Of a stretch of DNA of 53,064 bases, positions 35,564 through 45,258 are shown in pieces. Both the position numbers and the translations under genes were made by a program. The stretch comes from a virus (taxonomy: Duplodnaviria > Caudoviricetes): IMG/VR virus record IMGVR_UViG_3300018036_000012, positions 1 through 53,064 of that record; one strand, 5' to 3'. The notes below the pieces were generated by a model, which saw nothing but the letters and a program-made list of their open reading frames with translations, did no database searches and had not been told where the DNA came from. How positions within the stretch are numbered: the stretch's first letter is position 1; each line of letters starts with the position of its first letter.

Positions 35564-37867
35564 ATGAGCATTCAAGTTTCGAAACGTGATGGTACTAAAG
35601 AACTATTAGACATTGATAAACTACACAAAGTTGTGTTTTATGCATGCGAGGGCATCACTGGAGTTAGTGCAAGCGAAGTAGAAATTAAAAGCCAGATTCA
35701 ATTCTACAACGGCGTAACTAGTAAAGAAATTCAAGAAACACTCATCAAGGCAGCCGCAGATCTTATCAATGAAGATACACCTAACTATCAGTTTGTAGGT
35801 GGTAGATTGATCAATTATGCATTGCGCAAAGAAGTATACGGCGGATTCACCCCGTGGCATGTTAAGGAATTGGTAGATAAAAATACCAAAGCAGGGTTCT
35901 ATGATCCTGAACTTGTTACTAAGTATACTGACCAGGAATGGGACAGGATCAATGCATTTATCAGACACGAGCGTGATGAAAATCTAACTTATGTTGCTAT
36001 GGAACAACTACGTGGCAAGTACCTATGCCAAAATAGAGTAAGCGGTGAGATTTTTGAGACACCGCAGATGTGTTATGTTCTTATTGCAGCAAGCCTATTT
36101 CAAGATTACCCAGTTGATGCCCGGTTGAAATGGATAAAGGAATATTATGATGCCATTAGTTTACACGACATTAGTTTGCCTACTCCTGTTATGGCCGGTG
36201 TACGTACTCCGCAAAGACAGTTCAGTTCCTGCGTTCTTATTGAAACTGACGACAGTCTTGATAGCATTAATGCTACCAGCAGTAGTATTGTTAAATATGT
36301 AAGTCAAAAAGCAGGCATCGGCATCGGCGGTGGCAGTATTCGTGCTATCGGTTCACCTATTCGCAAGGGCGATGCTTACCATACAGGTATTATTCCTTTC
36401 TATAAAATGTTTCAAGCTGCGACCAAATCTTGCAGCCAAGGTGGTGTGCGTGGCGGCGCAGCAACAATATACTATCCTATTTGGCACCTAGAAGCAGAAG
36501 AAATGTTGGTGTTAAAGAACAACAAAGGCACAGAAGAAAATCGTGTTCGTCACATGGACTACGGCGTACAGTTCAACAAGCTAATGTATGAACGTCTAAT
36601 TACAGGCGGCAATATTACATTGTTCTCGCCTGCTGATGTGCCTGGACTGTATGATGCGTTTTTTGCAGACCAAGACCGTTTCCGTGAACTATATGAAACA
36701 GCAGAACGTAACACAAGACTACGCAAAAAAACTTTACCAGCAAGTGAGTTGTTTGGTAGCTTCATGGAAGAGCGTAAAAATACTGGACGCATCTATCTAC
36801 AAAACGTAGACAATGCCAATGACCACGGTGCATTTTTACCAGAAGTTGCACCTATTCGTCAATCAAACTTGTGTGCAGAAATTGATTTGCCAACTAAGCC
36901 ACTCAAAGATCTCAACGACCCAGAAGGCGAAATTAGCCTATGCACATTGAGTGCAATCAATTGGGGCAACATTCGTACTCCAGCAGACTTCGAGCGTGTG
37001 TGTCGTTTAGCAGTGCGTGGGCTTGATGCACTACTAAGCTATCAGAACTATCCAATACTAGCAGCGCAGCTATCCACAGAGAAACGCCGTCCGTTAGGCG
37101 TTGGCATTATTAACTTTGCATACTGGTTGGCTAAGAATGATTTGAGTTATCAAAACATTACACCAGAAGGACTTGCACTTGTAGACGAATGGGCAGAAGC
37201 TTGGTCGTACTACTTGATCAAAGCTAGTGCCGATTTAGCAACAGAGTTTGGCGCACCCAGCGGCAACATGGAAACAAAGTATGGACACGGTGTTACACCT
37301 AATCAAACATACAAGAAAGACTTAGACGAATTAGTTCCGCATGTTGAGCGTATGGATTGGGAAGGACTGCGTGAACAGCTAAAAGCTACTGGCATACGCA
37401 ACTCAACACTAATGGCTCTTATGCCAAGTGAAACAAGTGCACAAATTGCTAATGCTACAAACGGTATCGAGCCGCCACGTAGTCTTATTAGTGTAAAGCA
37501 ATCAAAGCACGGTGTTCTCAAGCAAGTTGTACCAGAGTTTAAACGTCTAAAGAACAAGTATGATTTGCTATGGAATCAACAGTCGCCTGAAGGATACTTG
37601 AAGATTATGGCTGTACTACAAAAATACATCGACCAGGGTATTAGTGTGAACACTTCATACAATCCGGTACACTTTGAGGACGAAAAGATTCCAATGAGTA
37701 CAATGTTGCAGCATCTATTGATGTTTTACAAGTACGGTGGCAAGCAACTTTATTACTTTAACACCAATGATGGCCAAGGCGAAATCGATGTAAGCAAGAT
37801 GATGGGCGAAGTCGATCTTGAGCAAGTTGAAATAGATGACGAAGATTGCGAAAGCTGTACTATTTAA
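35564..37867 (+). CDS. nrdA: class Ia ribonucleotide reductase alpha subunit
   Basis: ATP cone VSKRDG, PTPVMAG, QFSSCVL, SNLCAEI, C-terminal CESC. Confidence 0.98.
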   Translation: MSIQVSKRDGTKELLDIDKLHKVVFYACEGITGVSASEVEIKSQIQFYNGVTSKEIQETLIKAAADLINEDTPNYQFVGGRLINYALRKEVYGGFTPWHVKELVDKNTKAGFYDPELVTKYTDQEWDRINAFIRHERDENLTYVAMEQLRGKYLCQNRVSGEIFETPQMCYVLIAASLFQDYPVDARLKWIKEYYDAISLHDISLPTPVMAGVRTPQRQFSSCVLIETDDSLDSINATSSSIVKYVSQKAGIGIGGGSIRAIGSPIRKGDAYHTGIIPFYKMFQAATKSCSQGGVRGGAATIYYPIWHLEAEEMLVLKNNKGTEENRVRHMDYGVQFNKLMYERLITGGNITLFSPADVPGLYDAFFADQDRFRELYETAERNTRLRKKTLPASELFGSFMEERKNTGRIYLQNVDNANDHGAFLPEVAPIRQSNLCAEIDLPTKPLKDLNDPEGEISLCTLSAINWGNIRTPADFERVCRLAVRGLDALLSYQNYPILAAQLSTEKRRPLGVGIINFAYWLAKNDLSYQNITPEGLALVDEWAEAWSYYLIKASADLATEFGAPSGNMETKYGHGVTPNQTYKKDLDELVPHVERMDWEGLREQLKATGIRNSTLMALMPSETSAQIANATNGIEPPRSLISVKQSKHGVLKQVVPEFKRLKNKYDLLWNQQSPEGYLKIMAVLQKYIDQGISVNTSYNPVHFEDEKIPMSTMLQHLLMFYKYGGKQLYYFNTNDGQGEIDVSKMMGEVDLEQVEIDDEDCESCTI

Positions 37868-37870
37868 AAC

Positions 37871-37899
37871 TTGACATGCTCTGCGTAGCATGTTACACT
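37871..37899 (+). promoter_or_regulatory. sigma70-type promoter for nrdB with a palindromic spacer
   Basis: TTGACA-17 nt-TACACT; ACATGCT-N6-AGCATGT inverted repeat. Confidence 0.7.
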
Positions 37900-37935
37900 A
37901 ACACAGACAGACACACAAAGAATAGGTAAAATTTT

Positions 37936-39063
37936 ATGAGCGTTTTTAACACTGAAAACAATGCAGACCATACTAAAGTATTGGCATTTTTAGATCCGTC
38001 GGGCGGACCTACGATTCAGCGTTATGATACACTGAAGTATAAAAGTTTTGACGGACTTACAGACAAGCAACTAGGGTTCTTTTGGCGCCCCGAAGAAGTT
38101 GATGTAACCAAAGACAGTAAGGACTTTAAAGCTCTTAGCGACCACGAGCAGCATATTTTTACCAGCAATCTCAAGCGTCAAATTCTATTGGATAGTGTAC
38201 AAGGCCGTGCACCAGTAGAAGCATTTGCTCCTATTGTAAGTTTGCCCGAAATTGAAAACTGGATTCAAACATGGACATTCAGTGAAACAATCCACTCACG
38301 TTCATATACACACATTATTCGCAATGTGTACAACAATCCAAGTAAAATCTTTGATGAAATGATGGACATTGAAGAGATTGCTGATTGTGCAGGTGACATT
38401 TCTAAATATTACGATGGTTTGATTGAAATGAGTAGCTGGTACAATTTGCTAGGAGAAGGCACACATAAAGTCAATGGTAAGAAAGTTGTAGTTGATCTTT
38501 ACGAGCTAAAGAAACTGTTGTGGCTCACACTAATGAGCGTTAATATCCTAGAAGGTGTACGGTTTTATGTGTCGTTTGCTTGTAGCTGGGCATTTGCAGA
38601 AATGAAGCAAATGGAAGGCAATGCTAAGATTATTAAATTAATTGCACGTGATGAAAACTTGCACTTAGCAAGCACACAGATGTTGCTTAAAATACTTAAA
38701 AAAGATGATCCAGATTACGCAAAGATTGCAGAAGAAACTGAAGAAGCTTGTATTCAAATGTTTGTTGAAGCAGTTGATCAAGAGAAAGCCTGGGCTGACT
38801 ACTTATTCAAAGACGGCTCAATGATTGGTTTGAATGCCGAACTACTAGGACAGTATATCGAATGGATCTGTACACGACGAATGACCAATGTAAATCTCAA
38901 AAGTCCGTATAGTGTAAAAAACAATCCGTTACCGTGGACACAAAAATGGATCAGTGGATCAGAAGTACAAGTGGCGCCACAAGAAACAGAAATTACATCG
39001 TACGTAAGTGGCGGCACAAAACAAGATGTTGGCGCTGATACATTTAAAGGATTCTCATTATGA
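37936..39063 (+). CDS. nrdB: class Ia ribonucleotide reductase beta subunit
   Basis: FFWRPEE, LLDSVQ, ETIHSRSY, LEGVRFY, RDENLH, QVAPQETEITSY. Confidence 0.98.
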   Translation: MSVFNTENNADHTKVLAFLDPSGGPTIQRYDTLKYKSFDGLTDKQLGFFWRPEEVDVTKDSKDFKALSDHEQHIFTSNLKRQILLDSVQGRAPVEAFAPIVSLPEIENWIQTWTFSETIHSRSYTHIIRNVYNNPSKIFDEMMDIEEIADCAGDISKYYDGLIEMSSWYNLLGEGTHKVNGKKVVVDLYELKKLLWLTLMSVNILEGVRFYVSFACSWAFAEMKQMEGNAKIIKLIARDENLHLASTQMLLKILKKDDPDYAKIAEETEEACIQMFVEAVDQEKAWADYLFKDGSMIGLNAELLGQYIEWICTRRMTNVNLKSPYSVKNNPLPWTQKWISGSEVQVAPQETEITSYVSGGTKQDVGADTFKGFSL

Positions 39064-39314
39064 TTGAAATCTACGGTAAAGCACAATGTCCATTTTGTGA
39101 TCAAGCAAAAGCATTATGCGAACAACGTCAATATAATTACAAGTACTTTCAACTTGGCACAGACTTCGATCGCGAAGAAATATTATCAATGTTTCCGGGT
39201 GCAAAGACTTTTCCGCAAATTAAAGTCAATGGAAAAAAAATTGGCGGCTGGTCGGACTTTCCGCAGTATTTAGAAGAAACAAATTATACTGGTACAGGAG
39301 AACATTCGTTATAA
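39060..39314 (+). CDS. glutaredoxin
   Basis: CPFC active site, TFPQI, IGG. Confidence 0.95.
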   Translation: MIEIYGKAQCPFCDQAKALCEQRQYNYKYFQLGTDFDREEILSMFPGAKTFPQIKVNGKKIGGWSDFPQYLEETNYTGTGEHSL

Positions 39315-39403
39315 TGGCATTACGTAAACCTCGAGCAACTAAAACTAAAATGAAAGTTGCTGCTAAAAAAGCAACTAAAATTGGAAAGAAACGCAAAAAA
39401 TGA
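39314..39403 (+). CDS. 29-aa very basic peptide (not in ORF track)
   Basis: MALRKPRATKTKMKVAAKKATKIGKKRKK; TAATG and ATGA overlaps with both neighbours. Confidence 0.6.
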   Translation: MALRKPRATKTKMKVAAKKATKIGKKRKK

Positions 39404-39690
39404 TCATTGAAACACCGTATAAAACTGGAGACACAGTTTCTTTTAAATTATCATCAGGTGAAGAATTAGTAGCACGGTTAGATGCCGAAAGTGCTACATC
39501 TTATACTTTAAAAAAGCCAATGTGCTTGATTGCACAACAGCAAGGTTTAGGGTTAGCACCGTTTATGTTCGGTGTAAATCCTGAAGGAAAGTTTGTATTG
39601 CAAGCACATGCTGTAAGTTGTGTTGCAAAAACAGAAGCAGATATTGCTAAACAATATTTGGCAACCACTTCGGGTATTGTACCGGCCTAA
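39400..39690 (+). CDS. small phage protein with Sm-like pattern
   Basis: GDTVSFKLSSGEELVARL...LKKP. Confidence 0.7.
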   Translation: MIIETPYKTGDTVSFKLSSGEELVARLDAESATSYTLKKPMCLIAQQQGLGLAPFMFGVNPEGKFVLQAHAVSCVAKTEADIAKQYLATTSGIVPA

Positions 39691-39698
39691 AAACTCAC

Positions 39699-39706
39699 CA
39701 TAAATA
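39699..39706 (+). promoter_or_regulatory. late promoter (caTAAATA)
   Basis: TAAATA core upstream of the PAAR gene. Confidence 0.7.
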
Positions 39707-39729
39707 CTGTTGTAATAGTGAGGATGAAT

Positions 39730-40023
39730 ATGCCACAGGCAGTAAGAATAGGTGATGCAAACAGCATGGGCGGTATTGCAATAGGCCCGGGTGCATTAAG
39801 TGTGCTAATTAATGGTCAACCGGCGTGCCTTGAATTTACACCGGTTAGCCCACATCCGTGTTGTGGCCCAGGACCTTGTGCAAAACATTGCACTGCAAAA
39901 ACCTCACTGGGATCGCCTAGTGTTTTGGCAGAATTTCAAACAATTAACTTTGTTGGCAATGTTGACTCGTGTTTTGACAGTCGCACACAGGGTAGCCCAG
40001 ACGTAATAATTGGTGCAATGTGA
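39730..40023 (+). CDS. PAAR-like tail spike tip protein (gp5.4-like)
   Basis: MPQAVRIGD, SVLINGQPA, His/Cys metal ligands, GSPDVIIG; start moved to ATG 39730. Confidence 0.85.
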   Translation: MPQAVRIGDANSMGGIAIGPGALSVLINGQPACLEFTPVSPHPCCGPGPCAKHCTAKTSLGSPSVLAEFQTINFVGNVDSCFDSRTQGSPDVIIGAM

Positions 40024-40024
40024 T

Positions 40025-42106
40025 ATGACAGTTACATCAATGACATTAACAGCAGGCGCAAGTATGCTTGCCAACGGCAGTGACCCAACCATTGGTGCTA
40101 AGCCGATAGCCAGTAATGCCGGGGTAACGTTAAACTTAGTCGATAGCACAACAGGATTGACTGGTGATCCAACGTTGTATAGCATGAATTATTACACTGT
40201 GCAAATACAAAGCATTCAGAGCACACTGTATGATGTAACAGCCAAAGTAGCAAACCTGGCCAATACATACATAAATGAATTTAGTAGTATGACCAATGGC
40301 CTTGGTGATAACGTGTTTTCGGCACCTTTTGATTTGTATTCTGGTAATGCGTATGCAGTGATGCACACAGACGATAGTGTTGATAGCGTGTTAACATTTG
40401 GCCGTACTGAAAGTGCCAATGTGTTAGGCGGGGCAATTAATAGTGGTGAAATCGAAGGTGATGCTAGAACGTTTGCCACAGCACTTACTGGTTCAATTTC
40501 TTTTGTACAAAACAGCAACCAATCTATTAATGCTGCTAACAACAGTGCAAATGCTTTTACAGGCGGCACGTTTGCAGGAATAGACAGTGTTGCAAGTGGT
40601 GCATTAAGTGGAGTCAACTTAGCTGGACCGGCATTTGGTGCTGACTGCTCGTTGTTAGGTACAGTTATTAACTTTTCGGCAATACCAAACTTGGGTAGCC
40701 CAGGGCAGATGTTGAGCAACATGTTAGACGCAGGCACCTTGGGTCCTATGTATGAACAATTATCCAAAGTAGTACTAAGTCCAAGACTTGCTGCAACACT
40801 AGGTGCAACCCCTCCGCCAACAACAAATATTTTGCTAGGAAGTCTCGGGCTTGATTTAAACAATCTTGCTAGAGTTGGGGCAGGGTTACCACAAGGCATT
40901 CAGGAGCAAATCTACATAGCATTTGCAACATTGTCAACAGATGATGTGTCTCAAGTTAAAGCTATTTTAAAATGCACTCAGGTAACTGTTGTTGCTGGCA
41001 GTGATTTGTTTGATCCTACAAAACTGTTTCCGACAAGTTTTCAGACACTAACAGCACCAGTGCGCACAGGCAAACTTGGTACTAGGGCTATCTACGTAGA
41101 TAGTAGCGGAAGTGTTAATCCTATTTTTAGTGATTTAGGTGTTAGGCTAAATGGGATGATTCCAGACAACTTGGCAGTTGCCAATGGCGCATTGTCATTG
41201 AGTTTAGGACAAATCAAAGGTATCGAAGCAACAGATATTCCTACATTTACTGGTGCTGCTAGCAATCTTGAAACAATGAAAGACTTGCCGGATATTCAAA
41301 ACTTAACAACATATATACCTGCCGGTGTCGCTGAGTATTGGCAAGACTACTACGGAGTGCAAAATAATATACAACTTGCAACCGGGCCAAGTGCTAACTT
41401 TACAATCGCTGACTGTATTGGGTATGCTGCTGGTTATAATAGCGCAGCACCGTTGCAACAAAATTACGACTTGTTAACTACAATGAACGCTAACGGTGAT
41501 CTTGATGTATTTTACAAGGACGATGGTTCAAGCAGTGCCGATACTGGAGTGTTGGTTGTTCTTGAATACTTAATAGACGGCACATATGTTAGTGGACCAA
41601 ATTGGGTTATACCAGTAGGAGTATATGGCGCAGGAACGTATAGTTCATTTGCTGATGCATACACAGCCGTTATCACTGCCGCTGTGTCACTTATGCAAAG
41701 TGTTTATTCCGGTAATACAACAGCGCAAACAGTACAAGCAAATTTCAAACGCATACAAGAACAATTAGCACGAGAAAAGTTAATTCGTGCAAAAATGGAT
41801 ATGACAGTGTCGGCATTAGTGCCAAGCGAAAACAATGCTATATCACTGAGCAACAGTCTGCCAGTGTATGCACTGGATACAACCAGCGGTGGTACAAGCG
41901 AATACCTTGAAAGAATAATGAACATTGATTCACTTGGCGGACAAGCTGCAATTGCGGCAATGAGAGAATCTCGCAACACCAACAATTTGGATGCAGCACA
42001 TTTGCAACAAGACGGCGGCCTAAATTTAACCCCGCCACTTAATCCGGGCGCACTTAGTTCGTCACAATACACTGAAGACGAAGCGAGTGCTATAATTGTA
42101 AAATAG
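40025..42106 (+). CDS. large putative tail/baseplate structural protein
   Basis: Cotranscribed with PAAR; S/T/G/A-rich; GGQAAIAAMRESRN. Confidence 0.7.
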   Translation: MTVTSMTLTAGASMLANGSDPTIGAKPIASNAGVTLNLVDSTTGLTGDPTLYSMNYYTVQIQSIQSTLYDVTAKVANLANTYINEFSSMTNGLGDNVFSAPFDLYSGNAYAVMHTDDSVDSVLTFGRTESANVLGGAINSGEIEGDARTFATALTGSISFVQNSNQSINAANNSANAFTGGTFAGIDSVASGALSGVNLAGPAFGADCSLLGTVINFSAIPNLGSPGQMLSNMLDAGTLGPMYEQLSKVVLSPRLAATLGATPPPTTNILLGSLGLDLNNLARVGAGLPQGIQEQIYIAFATLSTDDVSQVKAILKCTQVTVVAGSDLFDPTKLFPTSFQTLTAPVRTGKLGTRAIYVDSSGSVNPIFSDLGVRLNGMIPDNLAVANGALSLSLGQIKGIEATDIPTFTGAASNLETMKDLPDIQNLTTYIPAGVAEYWQDYYGVQNNIQLATGPSANFTIADCIGYAAGYNSAAPLQQNYDLLTTMNANGDLDVFYKDDGSSSADTGVLVVLEYLIDGTYVSGPNWVIPVGVYGAGTYSSFADAYTAVITAAVSLMQSVYSGNTTAQTVQANFKRIQEQLAREKLIRAKMDMTVSALVPSENNAISLSNSLPVYALDTTSGGTSEYLERIMNIDSLGGQAAIAAMRESRNTNNLDAAHLQQDGGLNLTPPLNPGALSSSQYTEDEASAIIVK

Positions 42107-42109
42107 TGG

Positions 42110-42138
42110 TTGACATTAATACACATAAATGTTATATT
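42110..42138 (+). promoter_or_regulatory. sigma70-type promoter
   Basis: TTGACA-17 nt-TATATT with extended TG. Confidence 0.75.
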
Positions 42139-42165
42139 GTATTATGTTTTAAAAGGAGCATCACT

Positions 42166-42306
42166 ATGATTAAACCAGCAATCTTTGTTGTGTGCGGCAT
42201 TATTGGGTATAGTTTATACACAGGTGCGTCGATAACAGATATAGTAGATACAAGTCAGCACGTAGTACATACCATTGCTACAAATGTTGCCGATGCAACA
42301 GATTGA
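42166..42306 (+). CDS. small membrane-anchored early protein
   Basis: AAGGAG RBS, ATG 42166, N-terminal TM. Confidence 0.6.
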   Translation: MIKPAIFVVCGIIGYSLYTGASITDIVDTSQHVVHTIATNVADATD

Positions 42307-42574
42307 TCAATCTATAGTAGAAGCTGAGATTAGGCGGCGCATAAGATTATCAGTTGCAGCGTATGCATACGAGTACAAAAATGACTCGATTATGTCTGAT
42401 GCGTTGTTTGACGAAATGTCTAATGCTGTTGACACTAGTGTGATCACTGGCAACCGTAAAATGGACAACTTCTTTAAAAAACATTTCGAACCTGCAACTG
42501 GTATGTGGGTCCGAAAACATCCAAATAAAGCAGGATTGGAAAACATATATCAACGATATTTTACAAAGACATAG
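42284..42574 (+). CDS. stand-alone NAD-dependent DNA ligase N-terminal (domain Ia)-like protein
   Basis: AAYAYEYKNDSIMSDALFD resembles LigA Y.Y....P.ISD..YD; start uncertain (42275-42293). Confidence 0.65.
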   Translation: MLPMQQIDQSIVEAEIRRRIRLSVAAYAYEYKNDSIMSDALFDEMSNAVDTSVITGNRKMDNFFKKHFEPATGMWVRKHPNKAGLENIYQRYFTKT

Positions 42575-42615
42575 TAAATACAATTTCATTCGCACGAAAG
42601 TATAAGTAATACGTT

Positions 42616-45258
42616 ATGTTTATGGCTCTCTTAGTTCTTTTTGTTGCACTTAGTTTAAGTGCTATTGCTGCGTATTACAGCATTGTCGGCTTGGCTGCGA
42701 TCTTTGCATCTGCTATTATTCCTATTGTTATAATGGGAAGTGTATTAGAGGTTGCAAAACTTACAGTTACGGTATGGTTACACCAGAATTGGCAACGTGC
42801 TAGCTATATAATGAAATTTTATATGGTGCCTGCTGTTCTTGTTCTTATGTTTATTACAAGCATGGGTATTTTTGGTTTTTTGAGCAAGGCACACATTGAA
42901 CAAACTAGCGCAGCAGAAGAACAGGCAGCACAACTGTCACGCATGGACGAAGAAATAATTCGCCAACAAGACATTATTACCAGAGCTAATGCAAGAATCG
43001 CCAAGGGCGAAGCAGATGCTAACAAACAAGATGTGGGCATCCAAGATAAAATTGATAGAGAACAAGAGCGTATTAATAGTGCATACACCAGACGTCAGCC
43101 TAGCATTGATGAACAACAAGCTATTATTACTGCACAAGAAAACGCACTACTAAATCGTGTAGCAGTGTATGAAGATGAAATTTCTAGTCTAGATACAGAT
43201 TTATCACGACTAAACGATGTAATCAGTGACTTTAGAAATGCATTAGAAAGTGCCAGTGTTGCAAGTGTTGAAGAACAAATACAACCTTACCTATTACAAA
43301 TTACACAACTAGACGCAGACTTGGAGCGAATTAACACACAAGCAAATGAATATGAAGCAAGGATCAGCGAAGTAGAAGCTGATAACAGTGCAGTTAATAG
43401 TTTAAAATCACAAATTGCTGCAATTGAAGAAAACATTGTTGTAACTACAAATAAATTACAAAGTACAGAACGTGCTAAAGTACAAGAAGGGCAAGCAATC
43501 ATTGGTGTAACCGGTGACGGGCTGTTCGGCGGCAATACACGTAGAGCATTAGCAACATGGGTAGACGCACAACAGTCACGAATTGCACAATTACAAACAC
43601 AAGAAACAGATCTAAGAACACAAGCACAAACAGTAGCTAACGACGAACGTACTAGACTCAGCGAACTAGTTACAGAATTGCGTGGCACACAAACAGTCCG
43701 TATTGACACTCGCAAGCAGGTATTGCTAGACACCATTGATCGTATACGAGCAGATGCTGTTACTGGATTAGCAACTCAGCGTAAAAACATACAAAGCAAA
43801 ATTGATAATGTGTTGAACATAGACATTCCGGGCAACAGAGAGGCACGAAAAAACGCCCAGGACATTATCACTGAACTGCGTAATAAAGAAGATCCTAGAA
43901 TTGAAATTGCTAGAGCAGAAATTTCTAGTATACGTGCAGTTGCAGAAGAAGAAATTGCAAACAGTCAGGCAATCATTAATCGTTTGAGAGCGCAAATACA
44001 AGTAGGCGATAATGTCGACCTTGACACATTAATTGATGAACAGCAAGAGCGTATTAGAGTTGCTAACAGTGAAATTGATGCTATAATTGAAACTAAGTTT
44101 GCACTTGAATCTGAGGTGCGCAAGCTAGAAGCAGAAGTAGGACCAATTAAGTACATTGCGCAATTAATCTATGGTGAGGACACCAATAGTAATGTGTTAG
44201 AATCTGCTGTTAGATGGGTTATTATCTTAATTGTTTTTGTATTTGATCCACTTGCAATTATGATGTTGTTAGCTGCAACAGAAACTTTTAGCTGGAGGCA
44301 AAAAGAAAGACTGCCCGCCTTAACAATTGTTAATAAAACGGTCTCCGACGAACTACCCAAGGAAAATAAATTAAATGAAGAAATACAAGCGTTTGAGACC
44401 GTGCCAGAATCTGATATTAGCAATCAAAAAGAAGATCCAGCACAAACAGATAAAAAAGAACCGCACTTCGGCGATAACATTGCAGAAGAAGTTGACTCAG
44501 TTAGAGGAGAGACTGGAGAAGATAGAGAAGTCGGTGCTAAATCTGATCAATCTCCTAAAGAAATAGCAGTACATGTTGAGCGCATTGTTTTTCCAAAGTA
44601 CGAAGAAGAATTTGAACTTAAATTTGAAGATGTAAGCGCACAGACACTAGCAGAAGAAGAACGCAAAGATTACGAAGCAGCAAGAGCCCAATTGGTTGCA
44701 GATAATGTTCCGCCTACCATAGAATTTGAACTACCTGCTACCACTCCTCCTTTACCGGACGAGGCTATAGCAGCATATAAAGCAGCTGACTATGAGGATC
44801 AAAGAACTGATGAAATTATAGTAGTCGAAGGCGATGAAGATGAAAAACAAGCTAAACGTATCTGGAAACGACTTAATCCAGATTTAACACTTAAAGATCA
44901 AGAACAAAAATTTGCCCAGAAACAGATAGACGTATTACCTTGGGCCCAGTACCTAGAACTAAGTGACAATGAAATTGAAACAAACTACACTACAGTTGAA
45001 TTTGGTACAGTGTTTCCTGACAGAGCAGTTAAAGGTGATACTTACATTAGGGTTGACTACCTTCCAACTAAGGTATTCAAATGGAACGGCTCCATTTGGA
45101 TTGAAATTGATAAAAACAATTCAGACACATATGCATACAACGATGCATATATTAAACACTTGATTGAAAAACTTGGATCCGGAGAGTATGATCCAGAATT
45201 ACTAAATGACGTAGAACGCAGCCAACTTGAACAACAACTTAGAGACCAGGGAATTTAA
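42616..45258 (+). CDS. large membrane protein with long coiled coil, peptidoglycan-binding-like motif and acidic C-terminus
   Basis: N-terminal TMs ending TSMGIFGFLSKAH; GVTGDGLFGGNTRRAL; EAEVGPIKY; TM VFDPLA; TAAATA/TATAAGTA upstream. Confidence 0.8.
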   Translation: MFMALLVLFVALSLSAIAAYYSIVGLAAIFASAIIPIVIMGSVLEVAKLTVTVWLHQNWQRASYIMKFYMVPAVLVLMFITSMGIFGFLSKAHIEQTSAAEEQAAQLSRMDEEIIRQQDIITRANARIAKGEADANKQDVGIQDKIDREQERINSAYTRRQPSIDEQQAIITAQENALLNRVAVYEDEISSLDTDLSRLNDVISDFRNALESASVASVEEQIQPYLLQITQLDADLERINTQANEYEARISEVEADNSAVNSLKSQIAAIEENIVVTTNKLQSTERAKVQEGQAIIGVTGDGLFGGNTRRALATWVDAQQSRIAQLQTQETDLRTQAQTVANDERTRLSELVTELRGTQTVRIDTRKQVLLDTIDRIRADAVTGLATQRKNIQSKIDNVLNIDIPGNREARKNAQDIITELRNKEDPRIEIARAEISSIRAVAEEEIANSQAIINRLRAQIQVGDNVDLDTLIDEQQERIRVANSEIDAIIETKFALESEVRKLEAEVGPIKYIAQLIYGEDTNSNVLESAVRWVIILIVFVFDPLAIMMLLAATETFSWRQKERLPALTIVNKTVSDELPKENKLNEEIQAFETVPESDISNQKEDPAQTDKKEPHFGDNIAEEVDSVRGETGEDREVGAKSDQSPKEIAVHVERIVFPKYEEEFELKFEDVSAQTLAEEERKDYEAARAQLVADNVPPTIEFELPATTPPLPDEAIAAYKAADYEDQRTDEIIVVEGDEDEKQAKRIWKRLNPDLTLKDQEQKFAQKQIDVLPWAQYLELSDNEIETNYTTVEFGTVFPDRAVKGDTYIRVDYLPTKVFKWNGSIWIEIDKNNSDTYAYNDAYIKHLIEKLGSGEYDPELLNDVERSQLEQQLRDQGI

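Noticed and set aside
35564-39063. Introns, inteins or homing endonucleases in nrdA/nrdB
   Set aside because: Both ORFs are continuous and of normal length
40216-40899. 227-aa antisense ORF, and similar short antisense/overlapping ORFs throughout
   Set aside because: Shadow ORFs opposite well-supported genes, explained by codon bias
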